Sequence record: PQ338057.1
DNA: 64,000 nt
Source: a phage
Direction: 5' to 3' (one strand)
Position 1 is the stretch's first letter; each line of letters starts with the position of its first letter. The notes below the pieces were generated by a model. The model did not search any database. It saw only the letters and a program-made list of their open reading frames with translations, and was not told the DNA's origin. Both the position numbers and the translations under genes were made by a program. Shown here in pieces: positions 28,490 through 40,050 of this stretch.

Positions 28490-29506
28490 ATGGCAGTACG
28501 AAAACTCACCACAGGAAAATGGCTTTGCGAATGTTACCCCGCCGGACGTAGTGGACGTCGTGTGCGTAAACAATTCGCCACCAAAGGCGAAGCTCTGGCT
28601 TTTGAGCGTCACACGATGGAAGAAACCGAAGCAAAGCCCTGGCTGGGCGAATCAGTGGATCGTCGGACATTGAAAGACGTGATTGAGCTATGGTTCAAAC
28701 TACATGGTAAATCTCTGACAGCTGGGCAGCATGTCTATGACAAACTGCTGTTGATGGTTGACGCTCTGGGCAATCCCCTTGCAACTGATCTAACCTCTAA
28801 AATGTTTGCCCACTATCGAGATAAACGCCTGACAGGTGAGATCTACTTCAGCGAGAAATGGAAGAAAGGAGCAAGCCCGGTCACCATTAACCTGGAGCAA
28901 AGCTATCTAAGTAGTGTTTTTAGCGAACTATCCCGCCTGGGCGAATGGTCGTATCCGAACCCACTGGAGAACATGCGAAAATTCACCATCGCAGAAAAAG
29001 AGATGGCATGGCTTACCCATGAGCAGATTGTTGAACTGCTGGCTGATTGCAAACGTCAGGACCCAATTCTGGCACTGGTAGTCAAGATATGCCTAAGCAC
29101 AGGCGCACGCTGGCGAGAAGCAATAAATCTTACCCGCTCGCAAGTGACCAAATACCGAATTACCTTTGTAAGAACGAAGGGGAAGAAAAACAGAAGCATC
29201 CCTATCAGTAAAGAGCTTTACGAAGAGATCATGGCGCTTGATGGGTTCAATTTCTTTACAGACTGCTATTTTCAATTTTTATCCGTGATGGAAAAAACGT
29301 CTATCGTGCTCCCTCGCGGTCAACTGACACACGTTCTGCGCCATACGTTTGCGGCGCACTTCATGATGTCGGGTGGAAATATCCTTGCTTTGCAAAAAAT
29401 CCTCGGACATCACGATATAAAAATGACTATGCGCTATGCCCATTTAGCACCCGATCATCTTGAGACGGCTCTGAGATTCAACCCCCTCGCAACGCTAGAA
29501 GTGTGA
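28490..29506 (+). CDS. int: tyrosine integrase (P2-type), 338 aa from MAVRKLTTGKW
   Basis: C-terminal R..HxxR..Y pattern (LRHTFAAH...MRYAHLAPDHL); GGAGGG RBS; adjacent to attR. Confidence 0.9.
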   Translation: MAVRKLTTGKWLCECYPAGRSGRRVRKQFATKGEALAFERHTMEETEAKPWLGESVDRRTLKDVIELWFKLHGKSLTAGQHVYDKLLLMVDALGNPLATDLTSKMFAHYRDKRLTGEIYFSEKWKKGASPVTINLEQSYLSSVFSELSRLGEWSYPNPLENMRKFTIAEKEMAWLTHEQIVELLADCKRQDPILALVVKICLSTGARWREAINLTRSQVTKYRITFVRTKGKKNRSIPISKELYEEIMALDGFNFFTDCYFQFLSVMEKTSIVLPRGQLTHVLRHTFAAHFMMSGGNILALQKILGHHDIKMTMRYAHLAPDHLETALRFNPLATLEV

Positions 29507-29614
29507 TCTACTGGTGCAAAAATAACATCATCCCCCACTAGCTGAGTTAATTGCGTCAGAGTAAACTTTTATCAGTATATAAGTTCACTTTTATTCAATA
29601 TATTAAGAGATTAC

Positions 29615-29947
29615 ATGGCTATCATTACCGTAAAAAAACATACTGTCAAAAAAGCATTATCGATGGGATTTGAAAAAGTACTTGACGATCGTGGTTATGA
29701 TTCTGGGGCGTACTACGTTAAAGATGGCAAAAAGTGGATTTTTGATATTGTTGCGCTTAAGCAAAAACAAGGAGCAACCTCAGATGATGAGTTAAAAATC
29801 CTTGGGTATGATGTTGATACATATAATCTTGTAAAAAATGAATCTAATGAACTGGCTGAACTTTATCAAGATATTGCAGTTGAAGATGGTGAGCCAATGT
29901 ATCTAGAGGGTGGCGTGTACTTATATCCTGATGGTTCTATCCGTTAG
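29615..29947 (+). CDS. hypothetical protein (110 aa) between int and attR
   Basis: AT-rich ORF; no recognisable family. Confidence 0.45.
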   Translation: MAIITVKKHTVKKALSMGFEKVLDDRGYDSGAYYVKDGKKWIFDIVALKQKQGATSDDELKILGYDVDTYNLVKNESNELAELYQDIAVEDGEPMYLEGGVYLYPDGSIR

Positions 29948-29981
29948 CATGCAAATTGGCAGCACAACCGGGTTGTTCCAA

Positions 29982-30004
29982 ATGGCGACAAAGTGGCGGC
30001 AGCG
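29982..30004. repeat. attR core: right copy of direct repeat atggcgacaaaGtggcggcagcg
   Basis: Matches 6010-6032 at 22 of 23 positions. Confidence 0.75.
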
Positions 30005-30126
30005 GTTGGCATTACCCCGTAATAACCACCACTGACCACCAACCCAACTTATTGTTTTTACTATAACTTATTGTTTTCATTAACCCGTTTACATAAATGG
30101 GTTTTTTGTTATCTAAAACTTATCTA

Positions 30127-30663
30127 CTACCCTGCAACCCTCTCAACCATCCTCAAAATCTCCTCGCGCGATAGCGGCTTACGGTCGGTGACAAAATGCA
30201 GCGTCATCCCCTCAATAAACGCATCAAGCGCGCGGGCGGTTCCGGGTTCAAACCATTGTTCGAGCGTTTGCTGACTGCGCTGCATCCAGTTTTGCATTAC
30301 CGTTTTTAATAGCGGTTTTCGGCTAGCCAGCGCGTAGAGCTGGTACATCAGCTCCATGTTATCCGGCGTTGCAACCTGTGAGCTGTAGATCATATCGGTG
30401 ATAGCCTGGCATGCGCCCGGAGCATCACTAACATCGCTAAAAAATGCCTGATATTGCCGGGACATGATCTCAGTAAAACTGCTGAACGCCTCCAGTAACA
30501 ACTCATCAATTCCTGAAAAATAGTAGGTCATCGATCCCAACGGTACCCCGGCAAGGGTAGCAATTTTGCGGTGCGTAACAGCATGTATTCCGTAAAGTTT
30601 CACCGCCTCCAGCGTGGCCTGGATAATTTTTTCTCGCCGTTGCGGATCGTTAGCGCGACGCAT
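30127..30663 (-). CDS. rcdA: TetR-family regulator RcdA (YbjK), 178 aa from [13 protein letters not shown]
   Basis: TetR HTH N-terminus; synteny. Confidence 0.85.
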
Positions 30664-30746
30664 GTCATTTCCTCTCTCTGCAATTGTGTACAAATGTACA
30701 CAACCTTGCTAATGTTGTCTTCCCTCTTCTTATTTTGACGTGATCT

Positions 30747-31955
30747 ATGACCGTAAATTCTTCACGTAATGCATTGAAACGCCGAACCTGGGCGCTGTTT
30801 ATGTTCTTCTTTTTGCCAGGCCTGTTAATGGCGTCCTGGGCAACCCGTACGCCTGCTATCCGCGATATTCTCTCTGTCTCGATCGCTGAAATGGGCGGTG
30901 TTCTCTTTGGTCTGTCGATCGGTTCGATGAGCGGTATTCTCTGCTCGGCGTGGTTAGTGAAACGCTTTGGGACACGTAATGTCATCCTGGTCACGATGTC
31001 CTGCGCATTGATCGGGATGATGATATTAAGTCTGGCACTCTGGCTGACATCGCCCCTGCTCTTTGCCGTTGGTCTCGGCGTCTTTGGGGCAAGTTTTGGT
31101 TCTGCGGAAGTGGCGATAAACGTTGAAGGTGCTGCCGTTGAGCGAGAAATGAATAAGACGGTTTTGCCGATGATGCACGGTTTTTATAGCCTGGGCACGC
31201 TGGCAGGCGCAGGTGTCGGGATGGCACTGACGGCCTTTGGCGTTCCGGCAACGGTGCACATTTTATTGGCGGCGCTGGTAGGTATCGCACCTATTTATAT
31301 CGCCATTCAGGCAATCCCTGACGGTACGGGCAAAAATGCTGCCGATGGCACCCAGCATGGCGAAAAAGGCGTACCTTTTTATCGCGATATCCAGTTGCTG
31401 CTGATAGGTGTTGTGGTGCTGGCGATGGCCTTTGCCGAAGGTTCTGCCAACGACTGGTTACCCTTATTAATGGTTGACGGTCACGGTTTTAGCCCTACTT
31501 CCGGCTCGCTGATTTATGCCGGTTTTACCCTGGGGATGACCGTTGGACGCTTCACCGGCGGTTGGTTCATCGACCGTTACAGTCGCGTTGCCGTGGTTCG
31601 GGCCAGTGCACTAATGGGGGCGTTGGGTATTGGGCTGATTATTTTTGTCGATAGCGCCTGGGTCGCTGGGGTGTCTGTTGTACTCTGGGGACTGGGTGCC
31701 TCGCTGGGCTTCCCGCTGACCATTTCTGCCGCCAGCGATACCGGCCCCGATGCACCAACCCGCGTCAGTGTGGTAGCAACGACCGGTTATCTGGCTTTCC
31801 TCGTCGGGCCGCCGCTGCTGGGCTATCTCGGCGAACATTATGGATTACGTAGTGCAATGCTGGTTGTACTGGCGCTGGTTATTCTCGCGGCTATTGTCGC
31901 GAAAGCCGTCGCCAAACCCGATACCAAAACGCAGACGGCGATGGAGAATAGTTGA
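30747..31955 (+). CDS. ybjJ: MFS transporter YbjJ, 402 aa
   Basis: Polytopic membrane ORF; synteny. Confidence 0.85.
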
Positions 31956-32770
31956 TGAGCATTAAATTAATTGCGGTAGACATGGATGGTACTTTCTTAA
32001 GCGATCAAAAAACCTATAACCGTGAGCGGTTTATGGCTCAGTATCAGCAAATGAAAGCACAAGGAATTCGCTTTGTAGTCGCCAGCGGGAATCAATATTA
32101 TCAGTTGATCTCTTTCTTCCCTGAAATTGCTAATGAAATTGCCTTTGTGGCTGAAAACGGCGGCTGGGTAGTGAGCGAAGGCAAAGATGTTTTTAATGGC
32201 GAGCTATCGAAGGATGCGTTTGCTACTGTCGTGGAACATTTGCTGACGCGCCCGGAAGTGGAAATTATTGCCTGCGGAAAAAATAGTGCCTATACACTCA
32301 AAAAATATGACGATGCCATGAAAACGGTGGCGGAAATGTATTATCACCGTCTGGAATACGTCGATAACTTTGACAACTTAGAGGATATCTTCTTTAAGTT
32401 TGGCCTGAATCTTTCCGATGAACTGATTCCACAAGTACAAAAAGCATTACATGAGGCCATCGGCGATATTATGGTGTCGGTCCACACCGGCAACGGCAGC
32501 ATCGATCTGATTATCCCCGGCGTACATAAAGCCAATGGCCTTCGCCAACTGCAGAAATTATGGGGAATAGACGACAGCGAAGTGGTGGTCTTTGGCGATG
32601 GCGGTAACGATATTGAGATGCTGCGTCAGGCAGGCTTTAGTTTTGCAATGGAAAATGCCGGTAGCGCGGTCGTCGCAGCGGCAAAATACCGCGCAGGCTC
32701 CAATAACCGTGAAGGCGTACTGGATGTGATCGATAAAGTTCTTAAACACGAAGCGCCATTTGACCAATAA
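31955..32770 (+). CDS. ybjI: HAD-family (Cof-type) phosphatase YbjI
   Basis: DMDGT motif near N-terminus; paralogue of 58058-58873; alternative ATG at 31952. Confidence 0.85.
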   Translation: MSIKLIAVDMDGTFLSDQKTYNRERFMAQYQQMKAQGIRFVVASGNQYYQLISFFPEIANEIAFVAENGGWVVSEGKDVFNGELSKDAFATVVEHLLTRPEVEIIACGKNSAYTLKKYDDAMKTVAEMYYHRLEYVDNFDNLEDIFFKFGLNLSDELIPQVQKALHEAIGDIMVSVHTGNGSIDLIIPGVHKANGLRQLQKLWGIDDSEVVVFGDGGNDIEMLRQAGFSFAMENAGSAVVAAAKYRAGSNNREGVLDVIDKVLKHEAPFDQ

Positions 32771-32855
32771 AAACGGCAGCACGCCCGGCAACACAATGCC
32801 TGAATGAAGGCTGCATAATTCGCGGAAATTAACCCGCTGCATTATTTCAGGCGAA

Positions 32856-33140
32856 ATGATTATGAAAAATTGTCTACTGTTGGGCGCGCTTTTAATGGGC
32901 TTTACTGGTGTGGCGATGGCGCAAAGTGTCACCGTCGATGTGCCGAGTGGATACAAAGTGGTTGTGGTTCCTGATTCAGTCAGCGTTCCACAAGCGGTCA
33001 GCGTCGCGACTGTGCCGCAAACCGTCTATGTGGCTCCTGCGCCAGCTCCGGCTTACCGCCCGCATCCTTATGTTCGCCATCTTGCCAGCGTAGGTGAAGG
33101 GATGGTTATCGAACACCAGATTGACGACCATCACCATTAA
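32856..33140 (+). CDS. ybjH: small secreted protein YbjH, 94 aa
   Basis: Signal peptide; synteny. Confidence 0.75.
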   Translation: MIMKNCLLLGALLMGFTGVAMAQSVTVDVPSGYKVVVVPDSVSVPQAVSVATVPQTVYVAPAPAPAYRPHPYVRHLASVGEGMVIEHQIDDHHH

Positions 33141-33180
33141 TTCGAGAATGCCTGATCGCACAAAGCAGTCAGGCATTTTT

Positions 33181-34413
33181 TTACCCTTCGTGAGAATTTC
33201 CCATCTGTTTATCTTTTAAAAAGATAACCATCAGCGACAGCCACAAAATTCCGTTGACAAGGTTGAAGAGATTAAACAGTCCGTTGCCCCCGTTCAGCCA
33301 GGCATGTTTGCTGATTTCAATACCAACGGTAAAGATCAGCATTTGCAGCATTCCCATCGCGGCAGAAACCGTACCTTTACTCATATCGCTGGCAAACAGG
33401 GTTAATCGCACCAGTCCCGCATTCGCCAGACCAATACCGAAAGCATAAATACTTAACCCGGCAGTCATCCATAAATACGCGTGCGATGAGATAACCGTTG
33501 CCGCAGCAGCGACCAATAGACCAATCATAATCGGCCAGCCGCCCATAATAATCAGCGAACGTACGGTGCGGCGCGAGGTCAGACGCGCTAACAGCAAGTT
33601 ACCCGCAATTAACGCCCCGAAAATAGGCACTTGCAGCAAGCCATATTCATAGCTGCTCAACTGCTCGCCGGTAATGATGATAATCGGCGACTGGGCGATC
33701 CACGCCAGCAACGGCAGACTAACGAATCCCAGCGCCAGCGCCCCCGCCACAAAGCGGCCGTTCTTCAGCACCAGCTTATAGTCACGACCGAGTTCTTTCA
33801 GTGACAGTTTCTCGCCTATACGCGTGGCGGTTTCAGGCATGGCTCGTTGCAGACCGAAAAAGGAGATCGCTGCCAATGCGGCAAACAAAACAAACATCCC
33901 CTCCCAGGGCAGCACATGGATCCACGCCGCGCCCACCAGCGGACCAAGTAGCGGAGCAATCAGCGCCACGTTCGCCATCAGCGCGGTGATCTTGATACAA
34001 ACCGCCTCTTCGAAGGATTCCTGAATTGCGGCGTATCCCACAGCGCCAATGAAACAGAGGCTTATGCCCTGCAAGAAGCGCAACAGGGTGAATTGTTCAA
34101 TGTTTTGCGCCAGCAATATTGCCAGACAGGTGACGATAAACCACACCACTCCCGCCAGCATCACCGGACGGCGACCAATACGATCCGACAGCGGCCCCAG
34201 CAGCCATTGTAAAAACATCCCGCCCGCCAGATACGCGGTCATCGAAGTAGGAACCCAATCAATGCCCGCCTGATATTGTTCCACCACGGCCAACATACCG
34301 GGTTGAATCATATCGTTGCCGATATAGGTTGAAAATTCGTAAAGCACCAGACAGAGAGGGAAAAGTAACGCCTGACGTCCAAGCCTGGCACCGGAAGCTA
34401 ATTTATTTTGCAT
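33181..34413 (-). CDS. mdfA: MFS multidrug efflux transporter MdfA (Cmr), 410 aa
   Basis: 410-aa 12-TM ORF; synteny. Confidence 0.9.
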
Positions 34414-34697
34414 GCAATTTCTTCGCCAATAATAATCGCGCAGAGTTTAATAAAAGCGCAGCTAACGAGAAAGCGAATTTTGTAGCTGAAACCACGGTTA
34501 AGCACATTCTTACATTATTGCGAGTATAGCTACGCTTTCTTTAAGTTTTATTTAACCTATGCCCGTTACAATCACCCACCGTAAACAGGCCGCTTGAGGG
34601 AAATAAGACGATGCCGCTTTACCCAGTTTAACCTGCACTTTATTCTCAACGACTTGCCTGTATTGGCTCCCTTTTAATCACTTTGCGTCGGGAAGTT

Positions 34698-35294
34698 ATG
34701 CTGGAAAATTTGAATCTCTCTCTATTCTCTCTTATTAACGCGACGCCAGACTCGGCTCCGTGGATGATCTCGTTGGCGATTTTTATTGCTAAAGATTTGA
34801 TTACCGTGGTGCCGTTGCTGGCCGTGGTACTTTGGTTGTGGGGGCTTACAGCACAACGGCAACTGGTGATAAAAATCGCTATCGCGCTGGCGGTCAGCCT
34901 GTTTGTGTCCTGGACGATGGGACATCTTTTTCCGCACGACCGACCCTTTGTCGAAAATATCGGCTATAACTTCCTGCATCATGCGGCGGATGACTCATTC
35001 CCAAGCGATCACGGTACGGTGATTTTCACCTTTGCACTGGCATTTTTATGCTGGCATCGCCTGTGGTCCGGCTCACTTTTAATGGTGCTGGCCGTCGTCA
35101 TTGCCTGGTCGCGCGTTTATCTTGGCGTCCACTGGCCGCTGGATATGCTCGGTGGATTGCTGGCAGGTATGATTGGCTGCCTTAGTGCCCAGATTATCTG
35201 GCAAGCGATGGGGCATAAACTCTATCAACGTCTGCAATCGTGGTATCGCGTCTGTTTTGCATTACCGATCCGCAAAGGCTGGGTGCGTGACTGA
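34698..35294 (+). CDS. ybjG: undecaprenyl-pyrophosphate phosphatase YbjG (PAP2 family), 198 aa
   Basis: PAP2 motifs (PSDH...SRVYLGVHWPLD); start at MLENLNLS. Confidence 0.85.
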   Translation: MLENLNLSLFSLINATPDSAPWMISLAIFIAKDLITVVPLLAVVLWLWGLTAQRQLVIKIAIALAVSLFVSWTMGHLFPHDRPFVENIGYNFLHHAADDSFPSDHGTVIFTFALAFLCWHRLWSGSLLMVLAVVIAWSRVYLGVHWPLDMLGGLLAGMIGCLSAQIIWQAMGHKLYQRLQSWYRVCFALPIRKGWVRD

Positions 35295-35351
35295 TCTCTG
35301 CTAAAAAGTGTAGTATTGAGCGGCTCGCTTCAATAACTATTCAGAGGGATT

Positions 35352-36110
35352 ATGGAAACACGTCGCGAAGAGCGTATCGGGCAGCTGCTGCAAGAATTAA
35401 AACGCAGCGATAAGTTACATCTTAAAGACGCCGCCGCCCTGCTTGGGGTTTCGGAGATGACGATTCGTCGCGATCTGAACAACCACAGTGCGCCCGTCGT
35501 TTTGCTCGGCGGCTATATTGTTCTGGAACCGCGCAGTGCCAGCCATTACCTGTTAAGCGATCAAAAATCCCGCCTGGTGGAAGAAAAACGCCGGGCGGCA
35601 AAACTGGCTGCGACGCTGGTAGAACCCGATCAGACCCTCTTTTTTGACTGTGGCACCACCACGCCGTGGATTATTGAAGCGATTGATAATGAAATCCCTT
35701 TTACCGCCGTTTGTTATTCGCTAAATACCTTTCTGGCGCTGAAAGAGAAACCCCATTGCCGCGCGTTTCTTTGCGGTGGTGAATTTCACGCCAGCAACGC
35801 CATTTTCAAACCCATCGATTTTCAGCAAACGCTGAATAATTTTTGCCCGGATATCGCTTTTTATTCTGCGGCGGGCGTGCATGTCAGTAAAGGCGCTACC
35901 TGTTTTAATCTTGAAGAGTTGCCGGTAAAACACTGGGCCATGTCGATGGCGCAAAAGCATGTGCTGGTTGTCGACCACAGTAAATTTGGCAAGGTGCGTC
36001 CGGCGCGCATGGGTGACCTGAAACGCTTTGATATTGTGGTGAGCGATTGTTGCCCGGAAGATGAGTATGTGAAGTACGCGCAGACGCAGCGCATTAAGTT
36101 GATGTATTAA
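35352..36110 (+). CDS. deoR: DeoR transcriptional repressor, 252 aa
   Basis: DeoR-family HTH N-terminus; synteny. Confidence 0.85.
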   Translation: METRREERIGQLLQELKRSDKLHLKDAAALLGVSEMTIRRDLNNHSAPVVLLGGYIVLEPRSASHYLLSDQKSRLVEEKRRAAKLAATLVEPDQTLFFDCGTTTPWIIEAIDNEIPFTAVCYSLNTFLALKEKPHCRAFLCGGEFHASNAIFKPIDFQQTLNNFCPDIAFYSAAGVHVSKGATCFNLEELPVKHWAMSMAQKHVLVVDHSKFGKVRPARMGDLKRFDIVVSDCCPEDEYVKYAQTQRIKLMY

Positions 36111-36156
36111 TGACGTATAACCGGATGACGTTTCGCGCCATCCGGTTATCAGAAGA

Positions 36157-37359
36157 TTAAGAGAACCAGCTGCCGAACCACTGATGGAATTTCATCATCA
36201 CGAAATCCCACACCCGACCAAAGAATCCGCCCTCTTCCACATTTTCCATCACGATCAGCGGACGCTGCTCAATGGATTTACCGTTAAGCTGGAAATCAAT
36301 GGTCCCGACAACCTGACCTTTTTTCAGCGGTGCGGTAAGCTGCGGTTCCGTTAACGTATAACTCGCTTTCAGGTTTTTCAGCTGCCCACGCGGTATGGTC
36401 ACTGAGCCCGCTTCACCTGCCCCGAGATTCACTTCGCTCTTATCACCAAACCAGACGCGCTGAGTCACAAAGGTGGCATCAGGTTTAATTGGCGTCACGG
36501 TTTCAAAGAAGCGGAAACCCCAGGTCAATAATTTCTCAGACTCATTAAAACGGATACGGTCAGTTTTCGCCCCCAGCACTACGGAGATTAAACGCATATC
36601 ACCCTGGGTAGCCGAAGCAACCAGATTATATCCCGCACCTGCCGTGGTTCCTGTCTTCATGCCATCAACATTCAGATTGCTGCTCCACAGCAGACGGTTA
36701 CGGTTAGGCTGACGAATTTTGTTGAAGGTGAACTCTTTCTCTTTATGAATGGCGTACTCTTCCGGCACATCGTGGATCAATGCTTTACCCAGCAATGCCA
36801 TATCGCGCGCGGTACTGAACTGCCCCGGCGCATCCAGACCGTGCACCGTCTGGAAGGTAGTGTTGGTCAGCCCCAGTTTTTTGGCATAACCATTCATCAG
36901 ACCAATAAATGACTCCTGGCTCCCGGCAACGTAATCGGCCAGCGCAATACAGGCGTCATTACCGGACTGGATAATCACACCTTTGTTCAAGTCTGCCACC
37001 GAAACCTGATCGCCCGGTTTGAGGAACATTACCGATGAACCACGCAGTGCCGGATTTCCCGTCGCCCAGGCATCTTTACCGACCGTCACCATATCGGTGA
37101 GTTTAATCTTATCGGCCTTAAGCGCCTGCCCAACCACATAGCTGGTCATGATTTTAGTCAGGCTCGCGGGATCCAGTTTCTCATCCGCATTGCCTTCTGC
37201 CAGCACTTTACCGCTGGCGTAATCCATTAAAATCCATGCACGCGCATCCACGCTCGGCGCTTCAACGGTTTGTTCGGCCGCGAATGCCGTTGGGGCAAAA
37301 AGGAATAAAAATGCAGAACCCGCTGCAAGACCACGAAGGAGAGAGGAGTATTGCGTCAT
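36157..37359 (-). CDS. dacC: D-alanyl-D-alanine carboxypeptidase DacC (PBP6), 400 aa
   Basis: SLTK active-site motif; start at [10 protein letters not shown]. Confidence 0.9.
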   Translation of the reverse strand: MTQYSSLLRGLAAGSAFLFLFAPTAFAAEQTVEAPSVDARAWILMDYASGKVLAEGNADEKLDPASLTKIMTSYVVGQALKADKIKLTDMVTVGKDAWATGNPALRGSSVMFLKPGDQVSVADLNKGVIIQSGNDACIALADYVAGSQESFIGLMNGYAKKLGLTNTTFQTVHGLDAPGQFSTARDMALLGKALIHDVPEEYAIHKEKEFTFNKIRQPNRNRLLWSSNLNVDGMKTGTTAGAGYNLVASATQGDMRLISVVLGAKTDRIRFNESEKLLTWGFRFFETVTPIKPDATFVTQRVWFGDKSEVNLGAGEAGSVTIPRGQLKNLKASYTLTEPQLTAPLKKGQVVGTIDFQLNGKSIEQRPLIVMENVEEGGFFGRVWDFVMMKFHQWFGSWFS

Positions 37360-37605
37360 AAATGCCACCCGAGTATCCATTCAAAAAAAATACGTTATAT
37401 CGCCGTATGATAAGTTCGGTGATTAATAACGCACACACAAACTTAAAGAAACCGTAAGTTGGTAAAGTTTTTAAAGTTTATGCAATATCCTGCCGCTTCG
37501 CTGCTTCTGGTGTCATTTTTTTGCCAGCTGTTGCTTAAAAGTTAACTTTACTTCACCATCGGAGTCCTGTTCAGCCTGTGGCTGCCTGTCGGAAAAGGGG
37601 TGAGT

Positions 37606-38232
37606 ATGATTACGCTGTGGGGTCGGAATAATTCAACCAACGTAAAAAAAGTATTGCTGACGCTCGAAGAACTGGAACTACCTTATGAGCAAATTCTCGC
37701 GGGCCGTGAGTTTGGGATAAATCACGATGCTGATTTTCTGGCGATGAACCCTAACGGGCTGGTGCCGTTGTTGCGTGACGACGAAAGTGATCTCATTCTT
37801 TGGGAATCAAACGCCATTGTCCGCTATCTGGCGGCACAGTACGGGCAAAAACGCCTGTGGATCGACTCACCGGCACGTCGTGCGGAAGCAGAAAAATGGA
37901 TGGACTGGGCAAACCAGACGCTCAGTAATGCTCATCGCGGGATCCTGATGGGATTAGTCAGAACACCACCCGAAGAGCGCGATCAGGCCGCCATTGATGC
38001 CAGTTGCAAAGAGTGCGACGCCCTGTTTGCCCTGCTCGATGCGGAACTGGCAAAAGTAAAATGGTTCTCTGGCGACGAGTTTGGTGTGGGCGATATCGCT
38101 ATCGCACCGTTCATCTACAATTTGTTTAACGTTGGCCTGACCTGGACACCGCGTCCAAATCTGCAACGCTGGTATCAGCAACTCACTGAACGCCCCGCAG
38201 TGCGCAAAGTGGTGATGATTCCCGTTAGCTAA
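37606..38232 (+). CDS. gstB: glutathione S-transferase GstB (YliJ), 208 aa
   Basis: GST fold sequence; synteny. Confidence 0.85.
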
Positions 38233-39344
38233 TTGCGTGGGCTAACTTTAAGTAATTCCCCACTGGACTCGTCGGTGAGAACGTATAAATAACCGTCGGG
38301 TCCAGTGCGAACATCACGAATTCGCTGCCCTCTGTCCGTTAAAATACGGCCATCTTCTGTCACTTTGTCGCCGTTGACGCTCATCACAATGACATCTTTA
38401 TCTTTCAGCGCGCCAATAAATAATTTTTGCTGCCACTGGGGGAATTTATCGCTGTTATAGAAGGCCATGCCGCTCACAGCGGGCGAATCTTTCCAGTAAA
38501 AAACAGGTTGCTCGGTCCCGGCGACGATCTCCCCTTTCGCTTCCGGTATCTTAAAGCCTGAATAGTTGATTCCCCAGGTTGCCAGCGGCCAGCCGTAGTT
38601 TTTGCCTTTTTGCGGGATATTAATTTCATCACCACCGCGCGGGCCATGTTCATTCAGCCACAGTGCATTACTCCACGGATTCATCGCCATTCCTTGCGGA
38701 TTACGAATGCCATAAGACCAGATCTCGGCGCGCGCACCGGATTCCTTTATAAAAGGATTATCATCCGGGATTTCGCCCTGATCGGTCAGACGCACCAGTT
38801 TGCCCTGTAATTTATCCAGATCCTGCGCCGTCGGGCGCTGATTGTTTTCGCCCAGAGCAATAAAAAGATAACCTTTACCGTCGAATACCAGCCGCCCGCC
38901 AAAATGGTTGCCGGTAGACAGTTTTGGCATCTGGCGGAAGACGGTGCGGAAGTCGGTCACTTTTGAGAGATCATCACTTAAGCGGCCATAACCCACAGCA
39001 GTTCCGGCTTTGCCATCATCGCCAACTTCGGAATAACTTAACCAGATGCGGCGAGACTGAGCAAAATCAGGCGCTAAAACCACGTCCAGCAGGCCGCCCT
39101 GCCCGTGCGCCCAAACGTCCGGAACTCCGGAAAGCGGCGCAGATAATCCTTTTCCTGCTTGCCAGTGACGCAACTCGCCGCCGCGCAGAGTGATTAACAT
39201 ACCGTGATTGTCGGGTAAAAAGGCCAGCGCCCAGGGATGGTCAAGTTTGTCTTGCAGCACTTCGACATTTACCGTTGCAGGAGCCGCCCAGAGAGCGGAA
39301 GAAAGACAAATAAGGGGCACAAGGAAAAAGAATTGTCGATGCAT
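38229..39344 (-). CDS. yliI: soluble aldose sugar dehydrogenase YliI, 371 aa
   Basis: Signal peptide; beta-propeller dehydrogenase-like; synteny. Confidence 0.85.
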
Positions 39345-39454
39345 AACGCCTCCGGATTGACTCTGGCTTAAAGCGTAGTCAGTGGAGGAGATAACAAATT
39401 CATTTTTACAAAAACTTAAACATGAAGGGGGAGACGCTTTCTCCCCCTTAGTTT

Positions 39455-39838
39455 TCAGGCCTTCTCAAGCATGGCGTGCTTCTGCAGGCTCTGGATACTC
39501 AGCGTTAAGCTCATCAGACAATTTTCAAGCTTATCGGCGTTGACGGTAATAACAGTCGGGCAATCATGGTGCCCACTCATCAAACATACTGCGGCTGTCG
39601 CTAATGCTTCTTCAGCATGATGAAGAGCACTCCACTCTTCCTGATCCAGATGAAGATTCAACCGCAGCGATTTATCGTGCAGTTCGCGATTCAGTTTAAA
39701 AAAGTTATCTCGTAGATGATTGCTTTCGCTGACGGACATGTATCCTTTTGCCTTCCTCAGTTGCACGTATGCGGCGAGGTCAACGCGTGCGTCGATCAAC
39801 CGGTTCAGCAGATCGATTCGCTGTCTGTCAACGAACAT
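39455..39838 (-). CDS. bssR: biofilm regulator BssR (YliH), 127 aa from MFVDRQRIDLL
   Basis: Length and synteny. Confidence 0.8.
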   Translation of the reverse strand: MFVDRQRIDLLNRLIDARVDLAAYVQLRKAKGYMSVSESNHLRDNFFKLNRELHDKSLRLNLHLDQEEWSALHHAEEALATAAVCLMSGHHDCPTVITVNADKLENCLMSLTLSIQSLQKHAMLEKA

Positions 39839-40050
39839 ACTTCGATCCTCCTCTTTCCAGCCTTGTTGCAATTAAATAGTATGGCTATTTTTTGAGCAAA
39901 ATGCTGTCCAGGATCAATTCTTCACGCCGAATTAACAAAATTTACATTTCCTTCGCCTCCGCCAGCGAATGAGATTGCGATACAAATTTTATCCAGAACT
40001 CTGTAGAATCCCTGCCCTGACCTTTCCTGTAACTGAATATTTTTTAAGCT

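Larger units (their letters stand above)
6010..30004. mobile_element. cryptic P2/186-like prophage (~24 kb) carrying retron Ec86; defective (deletions, truncated invertase, no obvious cos)
   Basis: Phage gene content bounded by a 23-bp direct repeat; int adjacent to the right repeat and ogr to the left; absent from the K-12 gene order ybjL / rcdA as I recall it. Confidence 0.85.

Noticed and set aside
30046-30080. Tandem copies of aacttattgtttt just outside attR
   Set aside because: They lie on the chromosomal side of the att core, so are unlikely to be integrase arm sites; could simply be native intergenic sequence; cannot be resolved without a reference lacking the island
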